Source: Octopus sinensis | Lineage: Eukaryota | Assembly: GCF_006345805.1 (NCBI RefSeq) | Contig: NC_043013.1 | Coordinates: 28,148,001 to 28,212,000, forward strand | DNA length: 64,000 nucleotides | Direction of reading: 5' to 3' | Shown here: piece after piece, positions 11,421-22,445 of the stretch | Position numbering within the stretch: position 1 is the stretch's first letter | Layout of the letters: every line of letters begins with the position of its first letter | Position numbers and translations under genes: made by a program | The notes under the pieces: generated by a model | What the model saw: the letters and a program-made list of their open reading frames with translations, nothing else | Told to the model about the DNA's origin: nothing | The model's database searches: none

Positions 11421-11678
11421 TAAAACGATTTCTGTTCAATCTGCGTTCAGCTCCATTTCTTCAATTCACCAATAATGTTTTAATTTCAATTATCCGCACC
11501 AACGCACGGTTGCAACGCCAGATGGTTGTACCTCCAACCATGCTGTTCACTGCTGTGATTTTTGCTACTAAGGTATCGGTTAAACTTTTGATTAATCCAC
11601 TACAAGATTATTCATCTTTCTATTTCACATAATACATACCGCTTCGTCAAGAAACTGCTACTTTAACCGACGCCAATA

Positions 11679-14369
11679 ATGGAGTTGTTCGAGATTGATG
11701 CGTCCCTTAAGGATATTCCTATACCACCAAAGGATGCCTTCCTTAAGGAGTTGGTTTGTAAAACCAACGCATTCATAAACCGATAGATGATGGCTCATTT
11801 TCTTCCACGAGAACGAAGATCTAAAATCGAACCGGACAACTGCATCGTCCGAATACGGCCGGCTTTTTAAAACATTGGATACGCCGCCACCGAACCCAAG
11901 ACTGAAGAAGTTTGAGGACGACTTGTGGGACATAGTCAGAAAGATTAAGTTCAGGAAGTCACCCAGGAGAAATGCCCACCTCAGATACCTAGATAAAATT
12001 ACCAAGGACATTAATAGAACGGACGGAGTCCTGGTCCAGTCCGACAAGACCAGGAACACATACAAGATGCCCATTAAGCAGTACCTAGATTTACTCGGTA
12101 AAGAGATCAAGAAAAATTATAGAAAAACCAATTGGAGTACCCTGAGGAAGGTAAACTTGGAAATTAAGGATATAATATTTAAACACCGAATTCAAATGAG
12201 AACTCAGCCGCTTAGCCCCAAGCAACCCAGATTTATAGTGAAGGACCATAAACCTAACTTCCACACCAACCCAGCGCTAAGACTCATATGCCCTGCTAGA
12301 TCTGATATCGGGATAATCAGTAAGTACATTTTAGATAAATATATCCCTAGTTTAGTAAACAAGCTGAAGCTCAGCCTCTGGGCCAACTCCTCGCAGGTAG
12401 TGAAGTGGTTCTCTTCCATCCCCAATAAGAACCGTACTAGGTTCATTCAGTTTGATATCGCCAGCTTCTACCCCTCGATTAACCCTAGTGTGCTAAATAA
12501 GGCCCTCTGGCATGCTCACAACAAGGCAGGCCTCACCAGAGAAGAGATAGATATCATTTTAGTTGCCAGGAAATCGTTTATTAAGTTTGATAATAAGCTG
12601 TGGATCCGTAAGGATACTCCCAATGAATTTGATGTGCCTATGGGTAGTTCGGATAGTGCGCAGATAGCCGATTTGGTCGGAATATATATTCTCTACTACG
12701 AATTGTCCGATCAATTCCCGGAAATCGCGGGCGGCCTGTATCGTGACGATTGTCTGTTTTACCTGCAAAACACCACGAACAGAATAGTGCAGAAAACTAA
12801 GAGCAGGTTAGCTAGGTTTTTTAATAGAATGGGCATGAGTATAGTTTTTGATAACGAACTCACCAAGGCTAATTTCCTAGACGTTACACTTAACCTTAAT
12901 AGCGACTCATACTGCCCTTACCATAAGCCTTCCACTAATTTGAAGTATGTCAGTGTCTTCTCAAATCATGCCAAAACCGTAACAGACAATTTGGTTAAAA
13001 ACATCTCTCTAAGATTGTCTGGCCTGTCCGCCAGTGCCGATATTTTTATGCAGAAAGCGGATTTTTATAACGCCGCACTATCCAAGGCCGGTTATAGGCA
13101 GAAGGTAATTATATTGATTCCGGCCCTTCCGATGCCATCATTCGGTCATCAGGATAGGGCCGTATATAATAACATTAACATTTTAAGTAAGGACGGGAGC
13201 GCGGCGGATACCGGGGTAGTCGCTCCCGCCATTTATTTAGCGAACAAGGATAATTATCGGTCCGGGAGGTCTTACATAACCCAAGACCCGTTATTCATCC
13301 GAGAATCACCCACCCAAATGCGAGAGCTGGCGTCCCCGACCCATCACACATGATAGGAATAAGCATATGGTTTGTAATCCCCTTTGGTAAGCAGATTAGA
13401 ACTAACCTCCCCCTCATGTTTAGACAAGCCATCGCCAATAACTTCCCCAGAAATTCCAAATATTACTCCACGGTTAACTCACATAAAGTTAGGATAGCTT
13501 TCTCCAACACTAAAAACCTCGCCCAGATAATCGCCTCCCATAATAATAGGCTACTTACTAAGACCCTATCACCTTTTTCCGGAGGCACAGCCTCTTCCGC
13601 TCCCGGCTTAATGCTCAGTAGGAATAATTATAGTAGTAATAATGATATGAGAGCCAGTACAGTGACACATAATCTCAGCTCCAGCCAGGGAGTACCCACT
13701 AGGGGTATAGTTATAAATAGGGGTGTTGTGGTTGATGGTAACAATGGGAGTAGGGTAGAGAGCCCCTTTAGCATCCCCAGCATCATTTCCCGCAATAGCA
13801 GTACCACGGGCAGTAGCAATGACAGCACTCTGATAGATAGTGGAGAATCAGGGGTTATTCCTATAGTTAATAGTGACGTAGTGGAAAATAGAGTAGTAAG
13901 CGGCTGCAGGTCTCGGAACGAATATAGTGACAGGAACGCAGTTCTAATTTCAGAAACCAATCCTAGCAGAGTAAGATTCACGTCGGCGAACTCCAAGATA
14001 AAAAACGCCGTCTACCAATGCAAGGTGTACACGGACTCAGATGCCTTCACTTATATAGGGGCATCGTCCTCAAGATTGTCTTTGCGTGTCTCCAACCATT
14101 ACGCAACTTTTCGGGACGTGAACAAGCGCCAGACCACGGGACTCAGTAAGCTAATATGGCGACTGAAGGATGCGAACTTAAGCTATAGGCTGGAATGGTC
14201 AATTTTGTCGGTGGCCCTCCCATTTGATAGGGGCAGAAGACAGTGCAACCTTTGTGTCTCCGAACTCTTCCATATTTTGTTTGCCAGAGGCCGGATGGTA
14301 AACGGGCTATTACAGTCGGCTTTTCGATGCCCCCATTGGCGGCGTTACACTTATCTGGCCTTTAAATAG
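11679..14369 (+). CDS. PLE unit 2 ORF: reverse transcriptase + GIY-YIG endonuclease (~895 aa consensus); frameshifts near 11785 and 13275-13365
   Basis: ATG 11679 gives MELFEIDASLKDIPIPPKDAFLKELVCKTNAFINR. ORF 11875-13353 holds RT motifs A (FDIASFYPSI), B' (PMGS) and C (YRDD). ORF 13350-14369 holds WF..PF, HN..LL and the GIY-YIG domain with CNLC and CPH; stop TAA at 14367-14369. Confidence 0.9.
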
Positions 14370-14977
14370 CGTTCATAAATAAGACCGGCACCCATAGCCC
14401 TTGGTAACAAATTCTGAAATAGATTTTAAGATATCTACAATTAACCACTGCAAGGGAAATTACTCCTGTAAGACAAACGGGGCTTGTTTTTTCACAGCGG
14501 GGGGTTTCCTTGTCAAGGTAGGCTTAGATGAACACACACACACACACATAAACATACAATATATATATAATACTATATTTCTTCTTTTTTTTTGCCACCC
14601 AACGGTTATCACGGCAGTAGCCACTGACAGCCGAACGATCAAACGCACACACGTACACAAAAAATGTTTTCTACCCCTACGCCAACACACACATATATAG
14701 AACAGTATACACACACACACACGTCTCTAAGTAGATTTTTTCTCGCCCCTTATAAAACATCCAATATTCTTTAAATAGTCAGAACTTTATTCTCGGTCAC
14801 AAAGAACATCTATACACCCCCACCCACATGTTTGACCGATGCCTGACCTGTTGAATTCTTCAGCCACCGGTTTCAACATACACTGATAAACAGTTTCGCC
14901 ATGGGCTCTTAGGAGCACAGTTCGATTTGTTTTTTGCTCTGCCTCTGTTCTGTTTTTGTTTTTCAACGGATTTCCTT

Positions 14978-15066
14978 TTTTCTTCCTGAAGAGAAAGACA
15001 CAATATGTCCCATTATTCAATCGGATTTTGGTAATTTGTGCCTTTCGAAACACGTGTAGAATGAAA
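14978..15066 (+). ncRNA. Type I hammerhead ribozyme in PLE pseudo-LTR (unit 2)
   Basis: CTGAAGA at 14986-14992, CTTTC-GAAACACGTGTA-GAATGAAA at 15042-15066; predicted cut after 15058. Confidence 0.85.
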
Positions 15067-15274
15067 TAAAACGATTTCTGTTCAATCTGCGTTCAGCTCC
15101 ATTTCTTCAATTCACCAATAATGTTTTAATTTCAATTATCCGCACCAACGCACGGTTGCAACGCCAGATGGTTGTACCTCCAACCGTGCTGTTCACTGCT
15201 GTGATTTTTGCTACTAAGGTATCGGTTAAACTTTTGATTAATCCACTACAAGATTATTCATCTTTCTATTTCAC

Positions 15275-15330
<56 letters not shown>

Positions 15331-15675
15331 CATACATATACATACATGCATAGTAAACATGTTTGTATATTCTGAAAGTATCCGAATGTAATCCTTATTG
15401 TCCCCTGAAAAGCCTAACAATTTTCTTCTTAAGGTATTTAGAATGCAAAATTATATTTTTATATATGTTTTGTAATTTCAATCTTATTTGAGAAATGAAA
15501 CAATTGTTGGTTAATATGTTGATTAATTAATAAATTAATTTGTATCCATTAGACCTCTCTGTTTTCTAGCTCAATAAAAATGTCTCATTGAAGGATTATC
15601 TCTTCAAAATTCAATATATTAAACCAGTGTATCTTGGATAAATATCTCTATAAGAGGTTTGAATATCCTCATTGT

Positions 15676-15742
<67 letters not shown>

Positions 15743-15749
15743 AAATAAA

Positions 15750-15995
15750 TGCAACCTTTCAAAGCCTAGCCAGGCTCATGGGTTCGGTTTTCCAATTTCT
15801 ACGGCGCATGTGTTTTCCAGCTGGATGGGACACTAGTCCATCACAGCGTTACTCATTTTTGCCATCTGAGTGGACTGGAGCAACGTGAAATGAAGTGTTT
15901 TGCTCAAGAACACAACGTGTCACCCAGTCTAGGAATCGAAACCATAATCTTACGATCGTGGTGCTGACACCCTAACCACTAAGCCACGCGCCACC
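15750..15995 (-). mobile_element. SINE family D (tRNA-like head read on the minus strand)
   Basis: gtgttttgctcaagaacacaac...ggaatcgaaacc...ccctaaccactaagccacgcg; paralogues at 24870-25165, 25290-25445, 30940-31260 (+) and 50150-50405. Confidence 0.75.
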
Positions 15996-16031
15996 ACACA
16001 CACACACACACACACGCATGCACGCACACAC

Positions 16032-16063
<32 letters not shown>

Positions 16064-16314
16064 AAATATAAATATAAATCATATTTATGCACACACATAT
16101 AGATCATATACATATGAGTTAAAGTATCATCTATTGAATGCCATATGCAATAAATTCTTAATTTACTGAAATTTTTCTTAGAGAGGGAGAAAGGAAACAT
16201 GTCTAACATCAATTGTTAGTGACAATTAAGGCAAAGGGAAGATAATTTCAAGAAGTTAACAAATTTCTTAGGTTAATTTACATGCTTGAGGAAAAATCAG
16301 TCTGATATTTGCAA

Positions 16315-16420
16315 GAGAGTGTGAGAGAGAGAGTGTGTGAGAGAGAGTGTGTGAGAGAGAGTGTGTGAGAGAGAGTGTGTGAGAGAGAGTGTGTGAGAGA
16401 GAGAGAGAGAGAGAGCCACG
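16315..16420. repeat. 14-bp compound minisatellite (gtgtgtgagagaga)n, ~6 copies
   Basis: Direct reading. Confidence 0.85.
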
Positions 16421-16429
16421 TTAAAAGCA

Positions 16430-16600
16430 TCTAGCACATGCCGCAAAATGTTTGGTGTTAGGAAGGGCATCTAGTTGTAGAAACTGAGCCAAATCAGACT
16501 GGAACCTGGTGCAGTTCTCTGGCTTTTTAGCTTTGGTCAAACTATCCGACCCATACCAGCATGGAAAACAGATTTTAAAGGATGATGATGGTGATGATAA
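16430..16600 (+). mobile_element. SINE family B 3' part ending in (GAT)n
   Basis: ttggtgttaggaagggcatctagttgtagaaac...cagcatggaaaacagattttaaaggatgatgatg. Confidence 0.75.
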
Positions 16601-16847
16601 TGACACATATATGCATATCCATACACATACACATGTATGCACATGTGCACACACACACACATGCATGCATGCATACACACACACACATTTATTCATTCAA
16701 AGCTGAGTTTCACATTTCTGCTCCTGGTTTTACAACTCAGAACAGAATTAGAGGAAATCTTCAGCTTCAGATAAATGAATAAGCTCTGCTTGTATTGAGT
16801 ACTTTATCCTTCATTTCCACATATATCAATTCAAACATGTGCACGCA

Positions 16848-16893
<46 letters not shown>

Positions 16894-17339
16894 CACACAC
16901 ACACACACTGCAAATAATATACACATAGATAAATACAGACATGTCAAGAAATAACATGCAGGAAATTGTTGTTACCTGACCTTTATAAAAGAGAACTTTA
17001 CAAATATTGTAATCTTAGACAAAAGGAGGGAAGTTCAGAAGAACGGTATTCAGGAGAAGATTTACAGAATAGAATGTAGTGAATGTTAGTGTTGTTGATG
17101 TTGTTAGTGAGAGTAATACTAGTAGTATGCTGGTGGTGGTAGTGGTGATGGTGGTGAATATAGTGGTAGTGGTAAGAGTTCTTTCAGTAATAGTGGTGGT
17201 TGGTGGTGATGAGAAAAGCAATCACACCAGCTGGGGTGATGGTGAAGGAAGTAGTCATAATAATATTTGTTGCATCTATAGCAATGGAAGTGGCAGCAGC
17301 AGCAGTAGTGGTGGTGGTGGTGGTTGTGGTGGGGGGGGG

Positions 17340-18120
17340 GCGGTTGATGGTTTCAGATTTTGGCAGAAAATCAGCAATTTCAGGGGGAAAGGGTAAGTCA
17401 ATTAGATCGATCCCAGCGTTCAACTCGTACATATTTTATCGACCCTGAAAGGATGAAAGAGAAAGTCAACCTTGGCAGAGACTGGAATCAGAATGTAAAG
17501 ACAGATGAAATACTGTTAAGCATTTCATCTGGGGTGCTAACAATTCTGCCAGCTCACTGCCTTAGGAATATTAATAATAAGAATCCTTTCTACTATAGGC
17601 ACAAGACCTGAAATTTGGGGGTGGGGGGGCAGTCAATTAGATCAACCCCAGTGCATAACTGGTACTTATTTAATCAACCCCCGAAAGGATGAAAGGCAAA
17701 ATCAACCTCAGTGGAATTTGAACTCAGAACGTAGTGATGGGCAAAATACTGTTAAGAATTTCGTCCAGTGTGCTAATGATTCTGCCAGTTCACCACCTTC
17801 AATAATGATGATGATAATGATAATGATAATAATAATAATCTTTTCCACTATTGACACAAGGCCAGTATAATATTGAGAGAAGGAATAGCTGATTACATTG
17901 GCCCCAGTGTTCACCCAAAAGGATGGGCCAGCAACTTCAGTGGAGGGGTAAATTCATTACATCAATGCCAGTGATCAAATGGTACTTAATTTATTGACCC
18001 CAAAAGGATGTAAAGTCAAGTCAACTTCAGCAGAATTTGGTCTCTGAATGTGAAGATGGATGAACTACCACAAAGCATTTCATCTAGCGTGCTAACGATT
18101 CTGCTAGTTTGCCGCCGCTG
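17340..18120 (-). mobile_element. Cluster of ~4 family C SINE copies in the same orientation
   Basis: Repeated gaaaggatgaaaggcaaagtcaacc...gaatttgaactcagaa...ttctgccagct. Confidence 0.8.
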
Positions 18121-18226
18121 CCACCACCACCATCACCATCACCATCACCATCATCATCATAATAATAATAATAATAATTATTATTATTATTATTATATTA
18201 TTATTATTATTATTATTATTATCATT

Positions 18227-18708
18227 GAGTGAGAGAGCAGTTCATGCCATCAAAGTGACATTGGGGTAAAATATACGAAGCCCAATATACCCATCATGAC
18301 TACCCGTCTGATAAGGGTACACCAGGCGCATGCATCACAACCATATGTACGCGACATGGTGATCTCATATCAAGATAAACAGCGCATGACCTTGCAGGTG
18401 GGGCCCAGTTAGAATTTTCTTCAGGTTGAGTAGCCCATCCCGCTCAAAAGGTCCCTGAATAAGGGTTGTTTAAGGATGTTGAAAGAACCACCCATGTTTC
18501 CAGAGGTGAATTATTCAAACCCCAAAGAATCCCTCTCAACACATGGCTATGATGCTCCCCCACTACTTCTGTTCGTGATCAGAGATGCACATATCGTCAG
18601 CCACTAAGGGACATGCTCAACTGGTTACGGTCAAACAACTGACAAGCAAATCTGTGGTATTGAGCAGAATATTTGCTGTAGCCCATCTTTTATACCAAGA
18701 CAAAACAA
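18227..18708. repeat. Unclassified interspersed repeat (family E) inside a (TAT)n tract
   Basis: The 3' ~250 bp (ttgtttaaggatgttgaa...ataccaagacaaaacaata) recurs at 43760-44005 at high identity. Confidence 0.8.
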
Positions 18709-18744
18709 TATTATTATTATTATTATTATTATAACAATTATAAT

Positions 18745-20320
18745 AATCCTTTCTACTGGAAGCACAAGGCCTCAAATTTGGGGGAAAGGATTAAGTTGAT
18801 GACATCGAACCCAGTGTGTAACTGGTACTAATTTAATCGACCACAAAAGGATGAAAGGCAAAGTCAACCTCGGTGGAATGTAGTGGCTGACAAAATACTG
18901 TTAAGCATTTTGCCCAGTGTGCTAATGATTCTGCCAGCTTGCCACCCTAGATGATGATGACGATGACAATGGCGATGACAATGATGATTTCAAACTTTGG
19001 CACAAGGCCAGCAATTTCAGAGACGGTAACTCACTTACATTGACCCCTGTGCTTGACTGCTGATTATTTTATTGGCCATGAAAGGATGAAAAGCAAAGCT
19101 GACCTCAACAGTATTTGAACTCAGAATGTAAAAATGGATGAAATGTTGCTAAGCATGCTGCCTCGGGTGCTATACAATTCTGCCATTAAATTGAGATGAA
19201 AAGCCTTGGGAACAAGACTAATAAGTATATAACAACACAATTCCCAAAACTAGTAGATTGAATGAGTTTATGATTGACTCATTTGTTGAAATAGTTGACA
19301 GCCTCGCTCACATGCAAATTTCTTCTTCGTGTCCTGGCATAAAATAATAAATATACGCACAAAAAAAAAAATCAGTTATGTCTTTATTCTAAGAAATCTA
19401 ATTAACTGTCGGCAGCTAAAAGAAGGACTGGGGAAGATTTAACAACCATTGTTAGCAAAAATATCGCACAAGTGAATCAAAACATCAGATCTTCAGTGAC
19501 ATAACAGTGTTAAGAAATAAAGATTTCTCATAAACAAAGCTACAAGTTTTGTAGAGAAGATACGGCTGATTAAATCCCCCCCCCCCGCACCTTCCACTCT
19601 GATACTTGGCTGTAACTAATTTCATTTATCTACTCCTGAAAGATATCATTAGAGGTATTTAAAATCTAGACATAGAAAGGACACACTGTATTTTCTAGCA
19701 TGGTAGTTGGATTTTCTAGACCAAAATTTTTTATCAAAAATGGTAGGTTGTCTTATGTATCAAGACAACTTTGGAGTACCAAAAATTCTATGTGAAATGC
19801 AGCAGAATTTCAAAAGACAGAGATGACGTTTGAGTAGTTGCGCTATATGTTTACGCTATATTCTACAATGACTTGTATGCTGGAAAAAACAGTAACTAAA
19901 AATTGGTTTCAAATTTTGGCACAAGGCCAGCAATTTCAGGGGAAGGAGCAAGTCATTTGCATCAACCCCAGTACACAACTGACAGCACGAAAGGCAAAGT
20001 CAACCGCAGCAGAATTTGAACTTAGAATGTGAAGTCAGAAGAAATGTCCCTAAGCACTTTTTTTGGCATGGTAACGATCCACCAGCCCACAATAACTAAA
20101 TATTGACTTCAAATTTTGGCACAAGGCCAGCAATTTCATGGGAGGGGTAGTTTGATCACAATGATCCCAGTGCTCAACTGGTACTTATTTCATCAACCCC
20201 AAAAGGATGAAAGGCAAAGTTGACCTCGGCAGAATTTGAGCTCAGAACATAAAGATGGACAAAATGCCACTAAACATTTTGTCCAGCGTGCCAACAATTC
20301 TGCCAACTCACCACCTTACA
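18745..20320 (-). mobile_element. Further family C SINE copies (18745-19195 and 19895-20320)
   Basis: Same ggcacaaggccagcaatttc...aaaggatgaaaggcaaagt motifs, four copies. Confidence 0.75.
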
Positions 20321-20871
20321 GTAACTAAGTATTACAAGACATTTTGTCCAATGTCCTATGACAGTGTAATATGCCATCAATGATTATAATGAAACAGTTA
20401 AACCATTTTTCAAAGACCAAGCAAACTCAGAAAATGGTTGGCCATAAATAAATGGTCTTGGATAGTGTCTACAGGAGAAGTGACAACTCTGCCACGGGAA
20501 CGTTATGTAAATAGATGATGCATGTTGGGTAACTGAAAGTAATGATCGATTTTATTTGTGTTATTCAATGACTTTGGTAAGCTCTGCTTCCTGAAGATAG
20601 ATCACTGACAGCTGGAATAAGTCAATGAATCCTGTGATGCAGATATGCAGATATGTAACCCAATTCATGGTTAGCGTCACTGTAAAGATTGTTTCCAGTC
20701 AAATCCCAAGTTAATGATGGCATGTATTCAGCAATTAGACTAACACAATTCTGAAACTCTATTAGAATCAGTTAAGTCCAATATCTGAGTTGTGTTTTCT
20801 CAAATTGAAACAATGCCAGGTAGTTTGGTTTGAGCCAAACATCCAGCGTACAATCAACTTTCACTTTCTCT

Positions 20872-20944
<73 letters not shown>

Positions 20945-21270
20945 ACTTATTTTGTTTATCAAGGAGAAATTGTCCAAAGATTTAGAATTTGAAATGTGTA
21001 ACTAGAGCCTTCTTTGGTAAAGATACCATGGAATGTACCAAAAAAGATTTAGCTGCTAAAAAGAACAAATCAAAACAATTACATGTAGAATTTGTCACTC
21101 TCATGTCTGAACTTTCCCTTCAGGCACATTTATGGGGAAAAAAATCATCCATGGATAGAACAAGGAACAGTCATTGGAAATAATTTTTAAAAAGTGTAGC
21201 AACAAGGATTCTTAAAAATAACAACAACACAAACAATGATAATAATTGCCAAAGAAAAATATAGTCTTAC

Positions 21271-22445
21271 CTGTAATATATAATAACTCCTTCTTCTATA
21301 ACTCGCTTCCAGCCTAAAGGTGTAATAACACTACAAAAGGAAAGTTTTTTTGGATAGAATGGCAACTCTGATGTTAGGGGTGGTTCCACTGTATCAGTGG
21401 CTGACGCAGACTTTTGAGTACACCGACTGTTCATTTGGTGTGAAGAAGGGGTCTGTTGTGAGTTGCTATTATTTGGTTTTACAGGTTGAGGATATTTTGT
21501 GGTCAGCATCGTGACAGTTGGAATAGCCACCTGTGAATGTACATGGGCAGGCATTAACGATCCAAAATTACTGCTTGTTGTTGTAGTAATTGTTGTGGTG
21601 GTGATGGTAGTGTGATTACAGCTGGCCACCACTTCGGCGTTATTGATGCTATTGTTGCCCATGGTGTTGGCATTGGTGTTCTTGGACAACAACTGGCTGA
21701 CTAGTGAACCAGCAACCATAGACGGAGTTGATGGCAGATTCCGAGAAGGCAGAGTAAAACTGTTCGATACAGAGTCTCCGAGTTCTTGTAATTCTGGAAG
21801 ATGGCTCTGACCATTAAACAGAGCATTATCACCTTCAGCCACATTGTTTTCCTCCTCTTTACTAAGCTTTCCAGGATTAATTTGTGGGGTTGGTGCTTGT
21901 ATGCAGGCCATCAGATTGGCAGGAAGTTCCAAACTTGTCGCCTGAAGAAAGGCATTGTGGTTCAGTGATGCTGCTCTGGTCAGCTGACTATGGGGGGAAT
22001 GCTGCTGCTGCTGCTGGTTAAATTGTGTCAAAAAATGATCAAAGTTAGGCAACGTAGCAGCAGCAGCAGCAGCAGCAGCACCTTGAGATTGCATAATACT
22101 GTCCAGCAGACTCTTATAGTTGATAGAAAGTTTATCAATGGAACAATTGTTCGGTGCCTCAGAAGTCCCTTGTAAACTGCTGAACTGTGTTGGCATGCTT
22201 CCAATGGGGACGGTAGCAGCAGACATGTAGCCAGCTGGGAGCTCATTCGGCACATTAACTATAGAAGAGATTCCACGATCAAGACTCTGAATTCCAACTG
22301 GGAAAGCACCATTTCCGGTTACAATTCCAGTGTGAAGTACAGGAGTCTTTAACGTGATCGGCAAATGTGTTAATCCTCCAAACTGAAGGTTATTGGATCC
22401 AGAACCATAGGTGACAGCATTCCTCTGTCCTGGTTCAGAATTCAT
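21271..22445 (-). CDS. MBD5/6: First coding exon of a probable MBD5/6-like (methyl-CpG-binding-domain family) gene: ~370-aa low-complexity N-terminus then the start of the MBD
   Basis: Only long non-microsatellite host ORF. In-frame ATG at 22445 (MNSEPGQRN) with an in-frame TAA just upstream. Ends TPLGWKRVIEEGVIIYY-AG|GTAAG (phase-2 donor at 21270), which resembles MBD5 PVGWQRRV...GVLYVSPSG. Ala and Gln homopolymers are present. Confidence 0.65.

Larger units (their letters stand above)
7640..15280 (+). mobile_element. Penelope-like retroelement (RT + C-terminal GIY-YIG, Hydra-clade-like): inverted partial pseudo-LTR plus two tandem units, inserted in (TA)n
   Basis: The string ctttctatttcacataata recurs at 7981, 11616 and 15262, giving units of 3635 and 3646 bp. 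7640-~7970 is the reverse complement of ~11153-11481. (TA)n flanks both sides. ORF motifs FDIASFYPSI / VPMGSSDSAQIADLVG / GLYRDD, then VYQCKV...YIG...R..NH...CNLC...CPH. Confidence 0.93.

Noticed and set aside
13628-13996. 122-aa Leu-rich antisense ORF spanning the PLE linker (also 10137-10355)
   Set aside because: Starts at TTG. The leucines are the reverse complement of out-of-frame TAG/TAA triplets in the Ser/Asn-rich sense frame, so it is most likely a shadow ORF.
8043-14369. Selenocysteine or programmed-frameshift recoding as the explanation for the PLE ORF breaks
   Set aside because: The breaks are indels that differ between the two copies, not shared in-frame TGA codons or slippery sites.
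19375-19430. Candidate next MBD exon (minus strand cag|T CCT TCT..., SPSFSCRQLIRFL)
   Set aside because: Right phase and SPS start, but it lacks the G..L.S..QV..YL / CKCGLECP-like continuation and hits a stop after ~17 codons without a clear donor.
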